A DNA stretch of 64,000 nucleotides from Antechinus flavipes (taxonomy: Eukaryota), in assembly GCF_016432865.1 (NCBI RefSeq), contig NC_067400.1, positions 620,620,001 through 620,684,000 of the forward strand. Reading direction: 5' to 3'. A model generated the notes under the pieces. The model was not told the DNA's origin. It saw nothing but the letters and a program-made list of their open reading frames with translations, and searched no databases. A program made the position numbers and the translations under genes. Of the stretch, positions 11,864-24,277 are shown piece after piece. Numbering within the stretch: the first letter of the stretch is position 1; every line of letters begins with the position of its first letter.

Positions 11864-12796
11864 TTAAGAGTCATTTTTCTCCCCCATTAGTTTCCTCAAG
11901 GCTCCCTTGACATCCTTGTTCCTGAGGCTATAGATGAGGGGGTTGAACATTGGTGGAAGGACACCATACAATATAGAAATGATTTTATCTCGATCCCGGC
12001 TGGTCTTGTCCTGTGGCATCATGTACATGGAGATGGCAGTACCGTAGAAGACAATCACCACAGTGAGGTGGGAACTGCAGGTAGAAAATGCCTTTTTTCG
12101 ACCTTCAGCAGAGCGTATCTTTAACACAGCTCTCAGGATACGGCCATAGGAGACAAGGATGAAGACAAAAGGTGCTAGGAGAGTCAGAGTACTACTGGCC
12201 ATCATAAACAATTCATTCAAATGCAGATCATTGCAAGCAAGCTTAATGACAGCCAAAAGCTCACAGGAGAAATGATTGATGAGGTTGTGGCCACAGAACT
12301 CCAATGGGGTGGTCAGTGTTGGGATTACAGTGAGTAGAAAGGATGACACCCAGGACACAGTTGCAAGCCAGACACAGAGCTGGGGGCTCATTCTCACTGG
12401 GTAGCGTAAAGGGTCACCAATGGCGATGCAACGGTCATAGGCCATGACAGCTAGAAGAAGACATTCTACCACCCCCAAGTAGAGACCAGCACACATCTGG
12501 GCCAAGCACTGGCCCAGGGAGATGGCAGGGATGCTGACTAGGCAATTGATTAGTACTTGAGGGAGACTAGATGAAGTATAACAGATGTCTAGGAAGGATA
12601 GGTTGCTGATAAAGAAATACATTGGAGTGTGTAGGTGGGTATCATAATATATCAAGAGGAGAATGAGGCTGTTCCCCAGCAAAGTCATAAGATAAGATAC
12701 TAGGAGCAGGCAGAAGAAGATGACTTGGGCTTTGGGGTACTCTGAGAGCCCAATCAAGATGAAATAGGTCACAGATGTGTCATTTTTATCATCCAT
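11864..12796 (-). CDS. OR13H1-like: Olfactory receptor OR-2 (OR13H-like), 310 aa, intact
   Basis: All OR motifs present, N-glycosylation site NDT. Splice acceptor ctttccttccccccactttag| 24 nt before the ATG. Confidence 0.95.
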   Translation of the reverse strand: MDDKNDTSVTYFILIGLSEYPKAQVIFFCLLLVSYLMTLLGNSLILLLIYYDTHLHTPMYFFISNLSFLDICYTSSSLPQVLINCLVSIPAISLGQCLAQMCAGLYLGVVECLLLAVMAYDRCIAIGDPLRYPVRMSPQLCVWLATVSWVSSFLLTVIPTLTTPLEFCGHNLINHFSCELLAVIKLACNDLHLNELFMMASSTLTLLAPFVFILVSYGRILRAVLKIRSAEGRKKAFSTCSSHLTVVIVFYGTAISMYMMPQDKTSRDRDKIISILYGVLPPMFNPLIYSLRNKDVKGALRKLMGEKNDS

Positions 12797-12949
12797 AGTC
12801 TTACTCCACTATCTATATCACTAAAGTGGGGGGAAGGAAAGCATTAAATCACAAAATGATACTGACATTTTGAATTTTAGATAACAGAACACTTTGTAAT
12901 ATCTATTTGAACCATTTAATGAGAAATCTCCATAACCACTATTATCACA

Positions 12950-13170
12950 ATAGCTTGCCTTTAAATAGTACTTTGGAGTTTGAAAAAGTTTTGCATATCT
13001 CATTTTGTCCTTCAAACAATGTGAAAGATAAGTTATAATTAATATCCTTAATTTTAAATGAGGAAACTGAGGCTAAGAAAGGTTTATTGACTTGTCCAGG
13101 GTCAACTTGCAACTGACCAAAATAGTTGTTGAACTTGAGATTTCCTGACTTCAAGTCTGCTATTCTATGT
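12950..13170 (-). mobile_element. MIR/CORE-SINE, degenerate
   Basis: aaatgaggaaactgaggctaagaaaggtttattgacttgtccagggtc is the reverse complement of the CORE domain. Confidence 0.65.
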
Positions 13171-13914
13171 CTTGTGTCTCTATGATACATGAACTCTCAG
13201 CACACCATAGTAGACTGTATCCATGAGTTATTGTGAACTGAAATAATCATTAGCTGGTAGCCAACTTCCTGGGGATCATCTTCTCTGAACTTATCTAAGT
13301 AGGCTTAACAATATAGCATTAGCAAGTATATGTTGATGAAGACTTCATAGTTACCTCTATGATACAATTAGACATTCCCTTGAGAGTATGGAAAGCTGAA
13401 TGGTACAACATAGAGAAAATTGGCTATGATGTCAGATAATCAATTTCTAAATCCTTCATATTGATTTAATCAATCAATCAATGCATCCAATAATTATTTC
13501 TTTAATATTTCCTATCTGCTAGCCATTATACTAGATGAAGAGATATAAAAAACAGAAATAAAACAGTTTCTGCCTTCAAGGAGTTTATATTTTACCTGGG
13601 GAAAACAAATATTTAATGTGTGACCTTGGGAAACTTACTTTATCACCATGTGTCATGGTTTGTCGATCTGTAAAATAAAAAAAGTTTGGCATAGATTCTC
13701 TCTTCAGTCTCTTCCATCTCTAATCTTTGAGCTGATAAATTTCATGGGACAAATAATAATAAAAAACTAAATATGGTAATTGCCACTTAGGCAGCCTTTT
13801 ACTGTCTCAGTGCATTGTAGAAACATCAGAGAATGAAGGAAGGATCTCTTGGCATGAAAGTCAGCATACCAGGTTCTGATACTTACCCTGTAAACTTGGG
13901 CAAGGCACTTACTT

Positions 13915-14316
13915 AAAAAAAATACATATTTTTTTTCTCAATAGTATTTTATTTTTCCAAATATGTGTAAAGATAGATTTGAACATTAAATTTTGTACAA
14001 GTTTGTGTTCCAATTTTTTTCTCCCTGTCTTCTTTACCTACCCCTTCTCTAAGACAGCAAGTGATCTGATACAGGTTAAATATGCGCAATCCTTTAAAAG
14101 TATATATATTTAAAGTATATATTCATGGTATTAAATAATAATAATAAAAAAAGACCAAAAGGGGAAAACAACACAAGAAAAGAAGAAAGAAAAAAGAAAT
14201 AAAGTCAAGAAGAAGCAAACTAACAAAAATATGGAAATACTATGATTTGATACACATTTAGTTTCTATAGTTCTCTCTCTGGATACAGTTGGCATTTTTC
14301 ATTCCAAGTCTACTGG
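13915..14316 (-). mobile_element. L1 3'UTR insertion inside a MIR, with target-site duplication
   Basis: L1 3'UTR text flanked by acttgggcaaggcacttactt (13894-13914) and acttgggcaaggcaatttctt (14317-14337). Confidence 0.8.
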
Positions 14317-15976
14317 ACTTGGGCAAGGCAATTTCTTTCTCTGGCCAAGATTGGACTAGATTAGTCCATTCTATCCATTAGTCCATCTGATATCCTATAT
14401 CTGACCTTGCAAGAGCATCATGAGATACATAAGCCAAATATTGTTATCCTTATTATATACCCGAAGAGTTGGAAATAGACTTCGTATAGATATTATTATA
14501 TGGACCAAGCTAGAGAGCTGCTATTGTCTTGGATGCCAATTTTAAATGTCAGCCTCCTCAAAAAGACTCGGCTTAGCCACTGTTGCCTTTTTAATCTTTT
14601 TATACTCTTCACAAACATGTAGAGTAATATCTTCTACTGTAAGACAACAAATTATACATAGGAAAAAATCCTCACTGATTACCTTTAGCTAGGACTTCTG
14701 CCTCAAGGTCAAGGTTACTTCTAGTGAAGTGGAAATGGAATTAGAAGTAGAGCTAGAGAAGTTATGTTGGAGATTTAGTCCTGCTGTTTATTAGTTGGGT
14801 AATCGTAAATCAAGTCAATTACTCTCTCTAAGCCTATTTCCTTATTTCTAGTGGGTACTACTATGTAGGACCATTTAAAAACTCAAATTAGATACTAGAA
14901 ATTAAAATCTACAGAAATATCTCTTATTATATTTTAATTCTGGGCCAGAAATACTTATAACCATTAACACTCAACGTGAGGAGCCATGGCGAGGGCTATG
15001 AAAATGTCAGGTCAAATTTGTCACAAAGCTTTCACTCCCTTTTTGTAGATTCAGTACTAAGTAATAGATTCAGGAAAACAGGAAGAACTTAATAACTATT
15101 GACTGACTAGTGACATTTGGTTATGTTTAATATTGTTCCATGCATATGTAGGATTTTCAAGGCCTGTTGATAATTCAGACATAGTCATTGAGGTCTCGTT
15201 GCTCAGAGGGAGTGTTGTTTCTGAAAAGAAATTCAAGAGATAGGTAGGGATTTTCATGGAGGAGATAATAAATAGAGATATGTATTAGAAGTCATGAGTT
15301 GTATTTAAGCTTTAACTCTGCAATAAATGCAGTGTTCCCTGCGTTAGTGCATTTCACTTCTGAAGATTTAGTTTCCTCATTTGTAGAATGAGGGAGTTGA
15401 TGAAGTGATTGTTGGGATCCCTCACTCCTCTACCAATGATTTTGCAATATGATCCTGCAAACATGGGTTGTGCCTGAAAACCAGGTACTCTAACTCCAAA
15501 ACCAAGATTAGGACAGGAAGCATGAGTAGTGTGGTGGTGTGAAACCATCACTGTATTTGGCTTTCATTTAGATCCTGGTTCTCCCATTTCTTAGCTATAT
15601 GATGTCAGTGTAATCACTCAGAGTCTCTTGCCTATGTTTTTTTCATCTTTAAAGCAAAGGGATTGCACTGATTGATCATAAGGTCCCATTTAAATTTAAC
15701 ATTCTATGACGTAGAAAGAACATTGGACCCAGAGCCAAGAGACCTCTGAGTTCAAGTCATAACTTTCCTACTTAGGAGCTTTGTGGCGAGTCACCACATT
15801 TCCATCAGGAACATTTGCCTCATCTGTAAAATGGATACAAATACAATTACAAAATTTTCCTCATTGGTTTGTTGTGAGAGAAAAAAAATTTTGCAGCACT
15901 TAAAAAATATACAAAAATGTGAACTTATAATAAAACTATTCTTCCCCTAAAGGAACTCCAAGAATATCTATCTTAC

Positions 15977-16083
15977 CTTAATGGGGAGAGCAAGTCCTAT
16001 CCATATCCATGGGCATACTTTGAAGCATCGTTGATGTTTCAGGATACCTCGGAGATTTGGAAGCCACATGATTCTGCATGGTT
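15977..16083 (-). other. Predicted internal 5'UTR exon of OR-2 (107 nt) containing a 33-codon uORF
   Basis: Minus strand: ttttctttgcattgctttgtccctcctatatctttgtctcag| acceptor and AAG|GTAAGA donor. No transcript evidence. Confidence 0.5.
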
Positions 16084-16779
16084 CTGAGACAAAGATATAG
16101 GAGGGACAAAGCAATGCAAAGAAAATCTGTCACTTGCTGGTCAGCCAACTGAGTCTTTTGAGTAAGTTTCTTCCTCATGAGGACCAAAGGGCTCTGTCTG
16201 GCTAGTAGTTACTACCAATCCGAACATGGGTCTTTTTGAAGATCCAGGATGTTATATATGAGACTGGATGAAAGGCAAACATTTGACAAGAATACAAATT
16301 TTAAAAATTACTGATTTTATGTTCCATGATTTAATTATCTTCAGATAACTTTACAAGCATAGAAGAAAGGAGAAATGTATCTCAGCAGCTTGACTTATGA
16401 TTAGGGCATGCTATTTGGCTCCCGATTCCAATTTGTTCTTTGTTATGTTAAGAGGGATTTGGAGAAGATATAGGATATTCAGATTAGGAGTCATTACTGG
16501 ATGCATAGAATTTCATATATGAAGCAAAATAGGGAAGCCACTCTCTGCAGATAAGGGGTATATGTTGTTGATCTTGGTCTATTTCTCTGGAGATGATGTT
16601 ACCAGAAAACATATTATAGGATCTTTGGAAAGTGGAGCGAAAGAAACACGAAGGGTTCATCTAAGTCATCTCCTTCCTTTTACAGATGAGGAAACCACAT
16701 TTCAGAGAGGTTAGTGACTTTATCTAAGGTCACATCAGTAAGCAGATCTGTGCTTCAATTCCTGATTCTTTTACCTTTG

Positions 16780-17025
16780 CTGTTGTTGGGTATTTTCAGT
16801 TGTGTCCAACTCTTCATGACCCCATTTGGGGTTTCTTAGCAAAGATATTAAAGTGCTTTGCCATTTCCTTCTCCAGCTCATTTTACAGATGAGGAAACCA
16901 AGGCAAAAAGTGTTAAGTGATTTTCCCAGGTTCCCAGAGCTATGAAATGCCTGAGGCTGGATTTGAACTCAAGTCTCCCTGATTCCAGGCCTGGCACTCT
17001 ACTCATTGAGACATCCAGCTGCCTC
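16780..17025 (-). mobile_element. Mar1-type CORE-SINE, near full length
   Basis: Reverse complement of tail (tgttgttg...gaccccatttggggtttcttagcaaag), CORE (cagatgaggaaac) and head (ggatttgaactc...ccagctgcctc). Confidence 0.8.
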
Positions 17026-17283
17026 TTCTTTGATCTTTGACTACAAATATGGGACCTTTTTCAGTGTACCTTGCCTTTTTCATAAATTCATAGAATCACA
17101 AACTTGGAATTTCTCCCTTTAAAAGTTTGGGCCATTTATTTTTTTCTCACATGCAGACATAATTTAGAACAGTTTCCACTCATTGTAGAATGATGATACT
17201 AAAAGCAATCTTGAAACATGGTTATTTAGCATCTTCTTGAAAACCTCTAAGGGAACACACATGGTGAGGAAGTCTGCTGCCCA

Positions 17284-17285
<2 letters not shown>

Positions 17286-17320
<35 letters not shown>
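17286..17320. repeat. (TG)n microsatellite
   Basis: About 17 perfect TG units. Confidence 0.95.
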
Positions 17321-17323
<3 letters not shown>

Positions 17324-18590
17324 AATCAGCCAATATCTTTTTTTTCCCTTTAGCATGAAATCAAAATTGATTTCATGTTAAACTTTTGAGAGCCAAAATG
17401 GAGCATAAAGGTCCTATTTTGTAGTCCCTTAATTTTACTGATGAAGAAATGAAGGTTAATAGAAACCCAAAGTGGTAGAACTGGTAGGTATCAGAGCCGA
17501 GTGTGAGGCTCCTTATGCCCAGTGATCCTCCCCCTTCACCAGTTCTTTATTCTTTTCATTGGAGCCACACAGAACAAATCCAATTAGTTTTCTACGAGAC
17601 AGTTCTTTAGATATTAGAAGACTATGAATATGTCCCCAAACTTTCTCTTCTCCAATTCTCCAATTTTTAAAATCAATTCAAATGTTCCTTAGTTTAGAAT
17701 TTTTCTTTTCATCAGACACATTTCTCTCTCTGTCTCTCTCTCTTTTTGTCTTTCTCTCTCTCTCCTCTCCATCTCTCCATTCTCTCCTCCACCCCTTTAC
17801 AGTCCCTTTTGTGTATTTTTTTTTCTCCTTCCCCCTTAAAATGTAAGGTCCTTAAGGATATGGTTGATTTCTTTTTAATTTCTGTGCATCGCCACCACTG
17901 TACAACACTATCACAAGCATTAAATAATGGCATATAATAATCACTTAATAGATACTCATGACTTAATCCTTTTATGAACATACCAGTCTTTTTCATTCTC
18001 AGAAATGTAAATTGATGAATAATATTCTCAAAAAGAATTATATAGGTTTGTCATGAATTAATTAATTCCATTTGATCAGGCAATTAATTCTGCTTGAGGA
18101 AAGTACAATTTGAAGCTAACCAGTAACTTTATGCTTTATAGTCAGTCCTTCAACTTGAATTGACAATACCTCTCTTGATATGTCAATTATATGGTGCTTG
18201 TCAAATGTGGGAGATCGGGGTGGGGCAGTTGAACATAGACCTGTAGCCCTTGGCTGACTATTTTTGATATATAATGCACTAATATCTTATGTTCTTTTTT
18301 CTAATAATGTTCTAAATTCCCTTCCTCTTCTAATATTTTATTCTTTTATGAATAAGAACTCTCTAGGAAGGTATTGCTCTCACTCCAATTCATAGTTTTC
18401 TGTCAAGTATGTATATTAAGTGTCCTCCATGTACTTCTCTCACAAGGCTTTTTCTTCTTGCTCTTTCTATGGTAAGTAATTTGACAGGCCAAAAGACATA
18501 GGAAGAGGCAAAAAGGAGCATGAAATCAATATACTTTCATTATCTTTTACCACTTCCACATCTCCATTCCTTTTCAAGGTTGTCTTGATC

Positions 18591-19095
18591 ACTCACCTCC
18601 AACAGAAATTCCCCTTCAGGCATATCTAGTCCATCTCCCCCAGTGAATCATGGATGCATCATCAGAGCCTGTCATAGGCAAGGAAGTGGATGAAGGTGAA
18701 CCTCAACTTCTAGATAGATTCCCCAAGGCTAAGTTCTTTCTCCCTGTTTTCCTTTAGTTTCTCATCCTGTAACATTTGTAAAGGAATCCTTCTCTAAAGA
18801 GGAGCTAGCACTTCAATTAAGTCAGAGGGAAAGGAGGAAAATAATTGGGGAAGGAGGTAAAATTAGTCTTCAATTCTCTTTTCTTTCTCCAGGGATTCTA
18901 AGAGGAACTCTGAGGGACCAAAGTCTCATTAAAATCAAGAATGTTTTGATTAGCTTGGGAATAAGAAGTAAACTTTCTGACTCACTTAGAGTCTTTGGTG
19001 GAGAAGTTTTGAAAGATGAACTTATTAGACTAACTTATAGAAAAAGTAAGTCAGCTGCTCAGAAAATACCCTCTGACAGCTAAGGTAGGAGAGGA
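18591..19095 (-). promoter_or_regulatory. OR-2 promoter and non-coding first exon module
   Basis: TCATTA at 18926-18931, TAATTG at 18842-18847, O/E-like ctctgaggga, consensus donor GAG|GTGAGT at 18591-18596. Homologous to the other four modules. Confidence 0.75.
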
Positions 19096-19318
19096 GACAA
19101 GAACAGAAAAGAGGAAAGAAGATGAGAAGAAAAGAAAAGAGAGAAGAGGAAGGAAGTGAAAAGGAAAGGTAATGAGAGGAAAGGAAAAGAGAGGAGAGAA
19201 GTCAGAAGAGGAGAGGAAAAGAAAGGAGAAGTTAAAAGAAGAGATGAAAAGAGAGGAAAGAAGAAGAGAGAAGAAGAGAGGAGAGGAAAAGAGAAGAAAA
19301 GAGAGGAAGAGAGGAGAC
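19095..19318. repeat. Purine-rich (GA/GAAAA) low-complexity tract
   Basis: Almost only A and G. Explains the spurious K/E/R-rich and F/L/S-rich ORFs. Confidence 0.9.
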
Positions 19319-20064
19319 AATACTATGTTACAAGACAATAGTTTACCTGTGGGAAAAACTCAATCAGAGAATTTCAAATGAAAGAGACTGTGAGGACACT
19401 TGATATATAAGATATTAGAATTCAAAAGGAGAATAGTTCATAAAATTTAAGATTTAGGATGAACCCTAATTCAAAGTTAATTAGAGTGGGAGGTCCCTTA
19501 GAACATGTCCATACTGGGTGTCACCCCAGAACATGGAATGACAGAGCTTGGAGGGTCCTTGAAACTAAAATGTCAGAGTCTGGAGGAAATTTCAGTTACC
19601 AAATATCGAAAAAGAGAAAAACAATAGAATATGAAATGGGAGCATTGAGAGATACTTTAATAATTGTCTGGTCCATAGTCCCATTCACCAGATGAGGAAC
19701 CAAACGCAGAAAGGAAGAACCTGTTCCAGAGCTCCAAACCCATGGTCTTCTGACTGAGTCCTGATTTCATATCTTTGTACCATACTGACCTTTCCTGGCT
19801 TGCTCCTGGCCATTAAACGCTTAACAAGTGTTATTTTAATTCATATAAAAATCCTGGCAATTTTTCACTTTTGATTTAGTTGGCATAGTGAATAGAATAC
19901 CAGGCCTGAAATCAAGAAGACTTGAGTTCAAATCCAAACTCAGACACTTACTAGCTGGTTGACCCCAGAAAAGTCATATCACCTATTTGTCTCAGTTTTC
20001 TCAGGATTTCCTTGAGATCTTTTGAGTTTAATTAAAAGCAAACAAATACTCTAAAGACATCATT

Positions 20065-21007
20065 AAAGACCTGAAGTCAGAAAGACTCTTTTTCCTGTGT
20101 CTAAATGAGGCTTCAGACACTTACTAGCTCTGTGATCCTGGGCAAATCACTCATCCATGTTTGCCTCAGTTTCTCCATAAGTAAATGAGTGGGAGAAAGA
20201 ATTGGAAAACTGCTCTAGTATTGATGAAGTCCTGAATGGTAGGTGTGTTGGGCAGAGATTCATTGAAAAACTGATAAAGTTTATCTTTGGGAACAGAGAT
20301 CAATTTAAATCCATGATCCCATTCTCTGGAGAGGTCATCCAGTCAGAAATCCAAATTATGTCAACCCTCTGAAGCCCACAGTCTCACTTTGTAATGTCCT
20401 GTCGGAAATCCCAGTTATGCACCTGAGGTTAAAATTTCCCTATAAAATCTACTTATGGCCCATACTACATACTCACTGCCCTCCCTTAGGTCAGTCTGCC
20501 ATGGGCACTCTGTTTTATGGTGTCTTTCCCTTTACCCCTCTCACATGCCACGTGATAGCTCCCCTAACTCCACTATGCTTCTCAGTCCCACTTCTCCTTC
20601 TTATAGCTAACTCACTCTTTTAGGGTGTTAAGTCCCTTTTAGGATTTAGCTACCAGCCAAGGATATGCCCCAACCTCACGAGGTGCTCTGTTTCTACTGG
20701 GTAATTGTGAATTCCACTAAGGAACTTGTCTTTCATAAGCTCTCCCACTCTATTTCATATTTACCATCCCTGGTGTCTGTTGTATCTCTTCATTTTGTCG
20801 GTAACCTTTTCCATAAATAAACCTATCTTTTGCCAAAGAAAATGGCCAAAGTGAATTCTTCATGTGTCAGAACTCCCACACGTGTTATTTCTCCTAAAAC
20901 ATATCATCTCATGCTTAAATAACAACCTTTGCTGCTACATCAGCCACATCAGTATTGGGTTCACAGAGAGTAGGACATGCCCGAAATGTTTGAACAACAA
21001 CAACAAA
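20065..21007 (+). mobile_element. Mar1-type SINE split by the solo LTR (20065-20221 and 20952-21007)
   Basis: SINE reads to ...aactgctctagtat, then resumes gtattgggttcacagagagtaggac...tgaacaacaacaac after the LTR. Confidence 0.75.
20222..20951 (+). mobile_element. Solo LTR, 730 bp, probably ERV1 class
   Basis: TGATG...CATCA terminal inverted repeats, 4-bp TSD GTAT (20218-20221 / 20952-20955), TATAAAA at 20441-20447, AATAAA at 20816-20821. Confidence 0.85.
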
Positions 21008-21039
21008 AGTATAATTTGAAAACTAGCACTCCCACTTTT

Positions 21040-22010
21040 TTATTTATTTTCAGACCTATAATCTTTTGTTTCTCTAGATGAATTTTATTAATTTTTTCTA
21101 ACCTTAAAAGTAATTCTTTGCTATCCTAATTCATTATAGTACTGATAGGTAAGCTAATTTAAATAGTTGGTGATTTTTAATATATACTTTGGGATGGTGA
21201 TGAAAGATTATTATTTCTCAAATTATTTTAGGCTATATTTGTGTAAAGAAGCTCTTTTTTTTTAGTTGTACTCATATAGTTTGTCTATTATCTTAAATGT
21301 AATTTCTCCTTCTATTTCTTACTGTTTTGTTAGTAATGTATAGAAATGCTAATGATTTTATTTTATATGTGGTATCTTTTTCTAGAACTATTATTTCAAT
21401 TAATATTAATTGACTCTGGAGCTCTCTAAGTGTGGGATATCATCTAGAAAAAGGGTTGATTATGTTACTTTTTATTCTATTTTGTTCCCTCCATTTATTT
21501 TCTTGTTGATATAGCTAATTATGAGGAATTATATCAAATAAGAGTGATGACATCTTTACTTTGCTCCTGGTCTTATTGGTGAGGCTTCTACTATATCTCC
21601 ATTGAATATAATGATGTCCCCCGGTTTAAGATACTTAATTTGCTACTAAAAGATTCATCTATACCTAGGTTTTCTAATTTTCTTTAAGAGAAATGATTAT
21701 GATCTTTTATCAAAAGCTTTTACTACATATAATAGAATCATTTTTGCTATTTTTGTTATTAATATGTTCAGTTTTCCTCTTATTGGACTAGCCCATCATT
21801 GATAGTATCAATCCAAACTGTATATGTAGTCTCTGTAATATGATTCTATAACTTTTTTCCAATATTCTATTTAAAATTATTGTACCAATATTAATTGGAA
21901 ATATGAAATATTATATAATATCAAAATCATGTTTGCAACAAAGATGGCATTTCATGGAATCCTTTATTTTCCTATTTGTTCAAATAGTTTGTGTAATTTT
22001 TGAATTAATA
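21040..22010 (-). mobile_element. Old, decayed L1 ORF2 fragment
   Basis: T-rich text resembling the reverse complement of L1 ORF2 (e.g. ctttactttgctcctggtcttattggtgaggcttc, cttttatcaaaagcttttactacat). Confidence 0.6.
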
Positions 22011-22531
22011 AGAGTGAGCATTTATATAGTACTTTAAAATTTAAAAATGTTTTATGTATATCATTTTTAAAAATCTCATAATTCTGAGATTATGTTCCCT
22101 ATATTAAAGATGAGGAAATTGAGGCAGATAGAAAGTTAGATTTTCCCAGGGTCATATCTGAGAAACCCACCAATTTTTAATTTATGTTTTCTTGGTTATT
22201 TTAACCTGTGAAAGTTAAGAAAAATGGGAATTCACCAAAGCACAAATCACCTGAGGATTGAGTTTCTGAAACTCTTCTTCAGACTCAATAAACACCGTGA
22301 TTTCTATGGGACATGTGCAGGCCATGTTTTGGAGGGTTAAACAACACAAGGTATTATCATTTGTAGGGAGACCGGCTGATCTTCCTTGAATTGGTCATAT
22401 GACATATGGATGTAGACTTGAAAATAGGAACTGTGGCCCAAGTCCGTCATTTCTTGCCACTGTTCTGCTATTGATTGCTCTGGATTTTTGCCATTGCAGA
22501 TTTTTTGTAAGGGAATGATGTAAGGGAAAGA

Positions 22532-22901
22532 TTGTTCTTCACTTGTATCCTGCTATTTGTGACCCCATGGACCATAGTGCCATGTCTTTCTTTCTTCTGC
22601 TGTCTCTCAAAGTGTGTCCAATCTCATTTTCATTATTTCCATGACATTCTCTATCCATCTCATCTTTTGCCACCCCCTTCTTCTTTTGCCTTCAATCTTT
22701 CCCAGCATCAGAATGTTTTCCAATGAGTCCCATCTTCTCATTATGTGACCTAAGTATTTAAGCCTCAACTTCAGTATTAGACCTTTTAATCAATTGGGTC
22801 AATTAATTTATTTAAGTGTTGACTGATTTGATTTCCCTGTTGTCCCCTCTTTTGACTCTCAAAAGTCTTTTCCAGCACCACAGTTCAAAAGAGTCGATTC
22901 T
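22532..22901 (-). mobile_element. RTE (BovB-like) LINE 3' fragment
   Basis: ccttcaatctttcccagcatcagaatgttttccaatgagtc...tccagcaccacagttcaaaa matches the reverse complement of the RTE/BovB 3' region as remembered. Confidence 0.8.
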
Positions 22902-23764
22902 AAACCCATTTTCATTTTGCTAAAAGTCATATTTTTAGTGAGCAAAATGTGGTTGAATAGATTTCATTTTGGGGGAAATTTTTGACTGAAAACTTTGTGA
23001 TACTGTGACTTGAAGGCCTGATTTTTAAATTCAATTGATTTTGATATTTGATTTTGATATTTTTCATAGCAGAAAAACAGACCTTAGAAAAATAATTGAC
23101 TACAAATAAGAGAAGTTCATTATAGTTTTTACTAATGTAACTCACATTTTGACAGTTGATCCAAGCATTAAACAAAGAGCAACCCAGAGATGTGGGACTT
23201 CCTTCTGGCTGACATTCCTATTCTTGGCAACTTCTAAGCTTGGAGCATATTTCAGAATTGACTTGAAAGCAAATTTCCCAGAGTTACACTGCTTATTATC
23301 TCGGAGGGAGGGGTATGAGGGTAGAAGGTCAAGCGAACATTAGGCAAAGGAAAGAGGAAGAAATGCCATCAGAAGGAGACATTTGCCATGAGTCATATAA
23401 AGTGAATAGAAAATCAAATTTTTTAATTTTTAAATTTTTTTATTTAGGGAAAAAATAAATTAAAAAAAATCCTGAACATTGCAATCTAGGGCATGAAGAC
23501 AATATCCATTTGAATCAATTCCTGTGTGAGTCTTGTGGTATTATATCTATTTGGCATGAATGTTAGCCTGGTTACCTTCCTTCTTTTCTTCCTAGAAACA
23601 ATAGAATTGATAGTCAATGACTTTCTCATTTTCTCACCCTTGCCTTACCCCTACTGGTTAGATAGTTGTTAAATTAGTTTCTTAAACTTGTTAATGTGAT
23701 TAATTATGATCATTGGAAATAGTAAACTATATTATTATTTAAAACTGACAGTTATAACATAGTG

Positions 23765-24005
23765 GAGGGAGAGAGATGAATAGTGTTGGAGGGGAAAGTA
23801 AAGGAGGAGAAGAAGGAAAGAAGGAGAATTGGAGAGGCAGAAAGAAGGAGAAGAGAGGAGGGCAAAGAGAGAGGGATGGAGGAAAAAGTAAGGGATAGAG
23901 AAGAGAGAGGGAAAAGAAAGTAGAGAGAGAAAAGCAGTTAGGAGGGGAATAGAAAGAGGGAAGCAAAGGGAGACAGAGAGACAGAAATAGAGATTCCTAG
24001 GCAGA
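23765..24005. repeat. Purine-rich low-complexity tract
   Basis: GA-rich run. Source of the spurious 23739-23966 ORF. Confidence 0.85.
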
Positions 24006-24235
24006 GATAAAACTTCCTTTTTCTAGAGGGAAAACCCAAAAGTTTGGTTCAGCAATGGAGATAACTTGGAGATAACTTGGGCAAAGTGGAGTATAACTGG
24101 TAAGTGTGGCAATGAATCTGGATTCCATATGCTCCTAAAATAAAAGCCCGAGCTTGCAATGACAGCCATTAATCAGAGAAGTAAGCCAAGTATATATAAT
24201 TTTTTTTTACATATATACATATTACATATAAAATT

Positions 24236-24277
<42 letters not shown>

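Noticed and set aside
19051-19381. K/E/R-rich and F/L/S-rich ORFs (also 17712-17996, 23739-23966, 33670-33972, 47789-48070, 61423-61825)
   Set aside because: Translations of microsatellites and purine tracts.
22200-22530. Non-repetitive-looking stretch tested as a processed or OR pseudogene
   Set aside because: Translation in six frames gave no convincing match, only a weak NP-x6-MSHR echo of the OR ICL2. A tBLASTx search would settle it.
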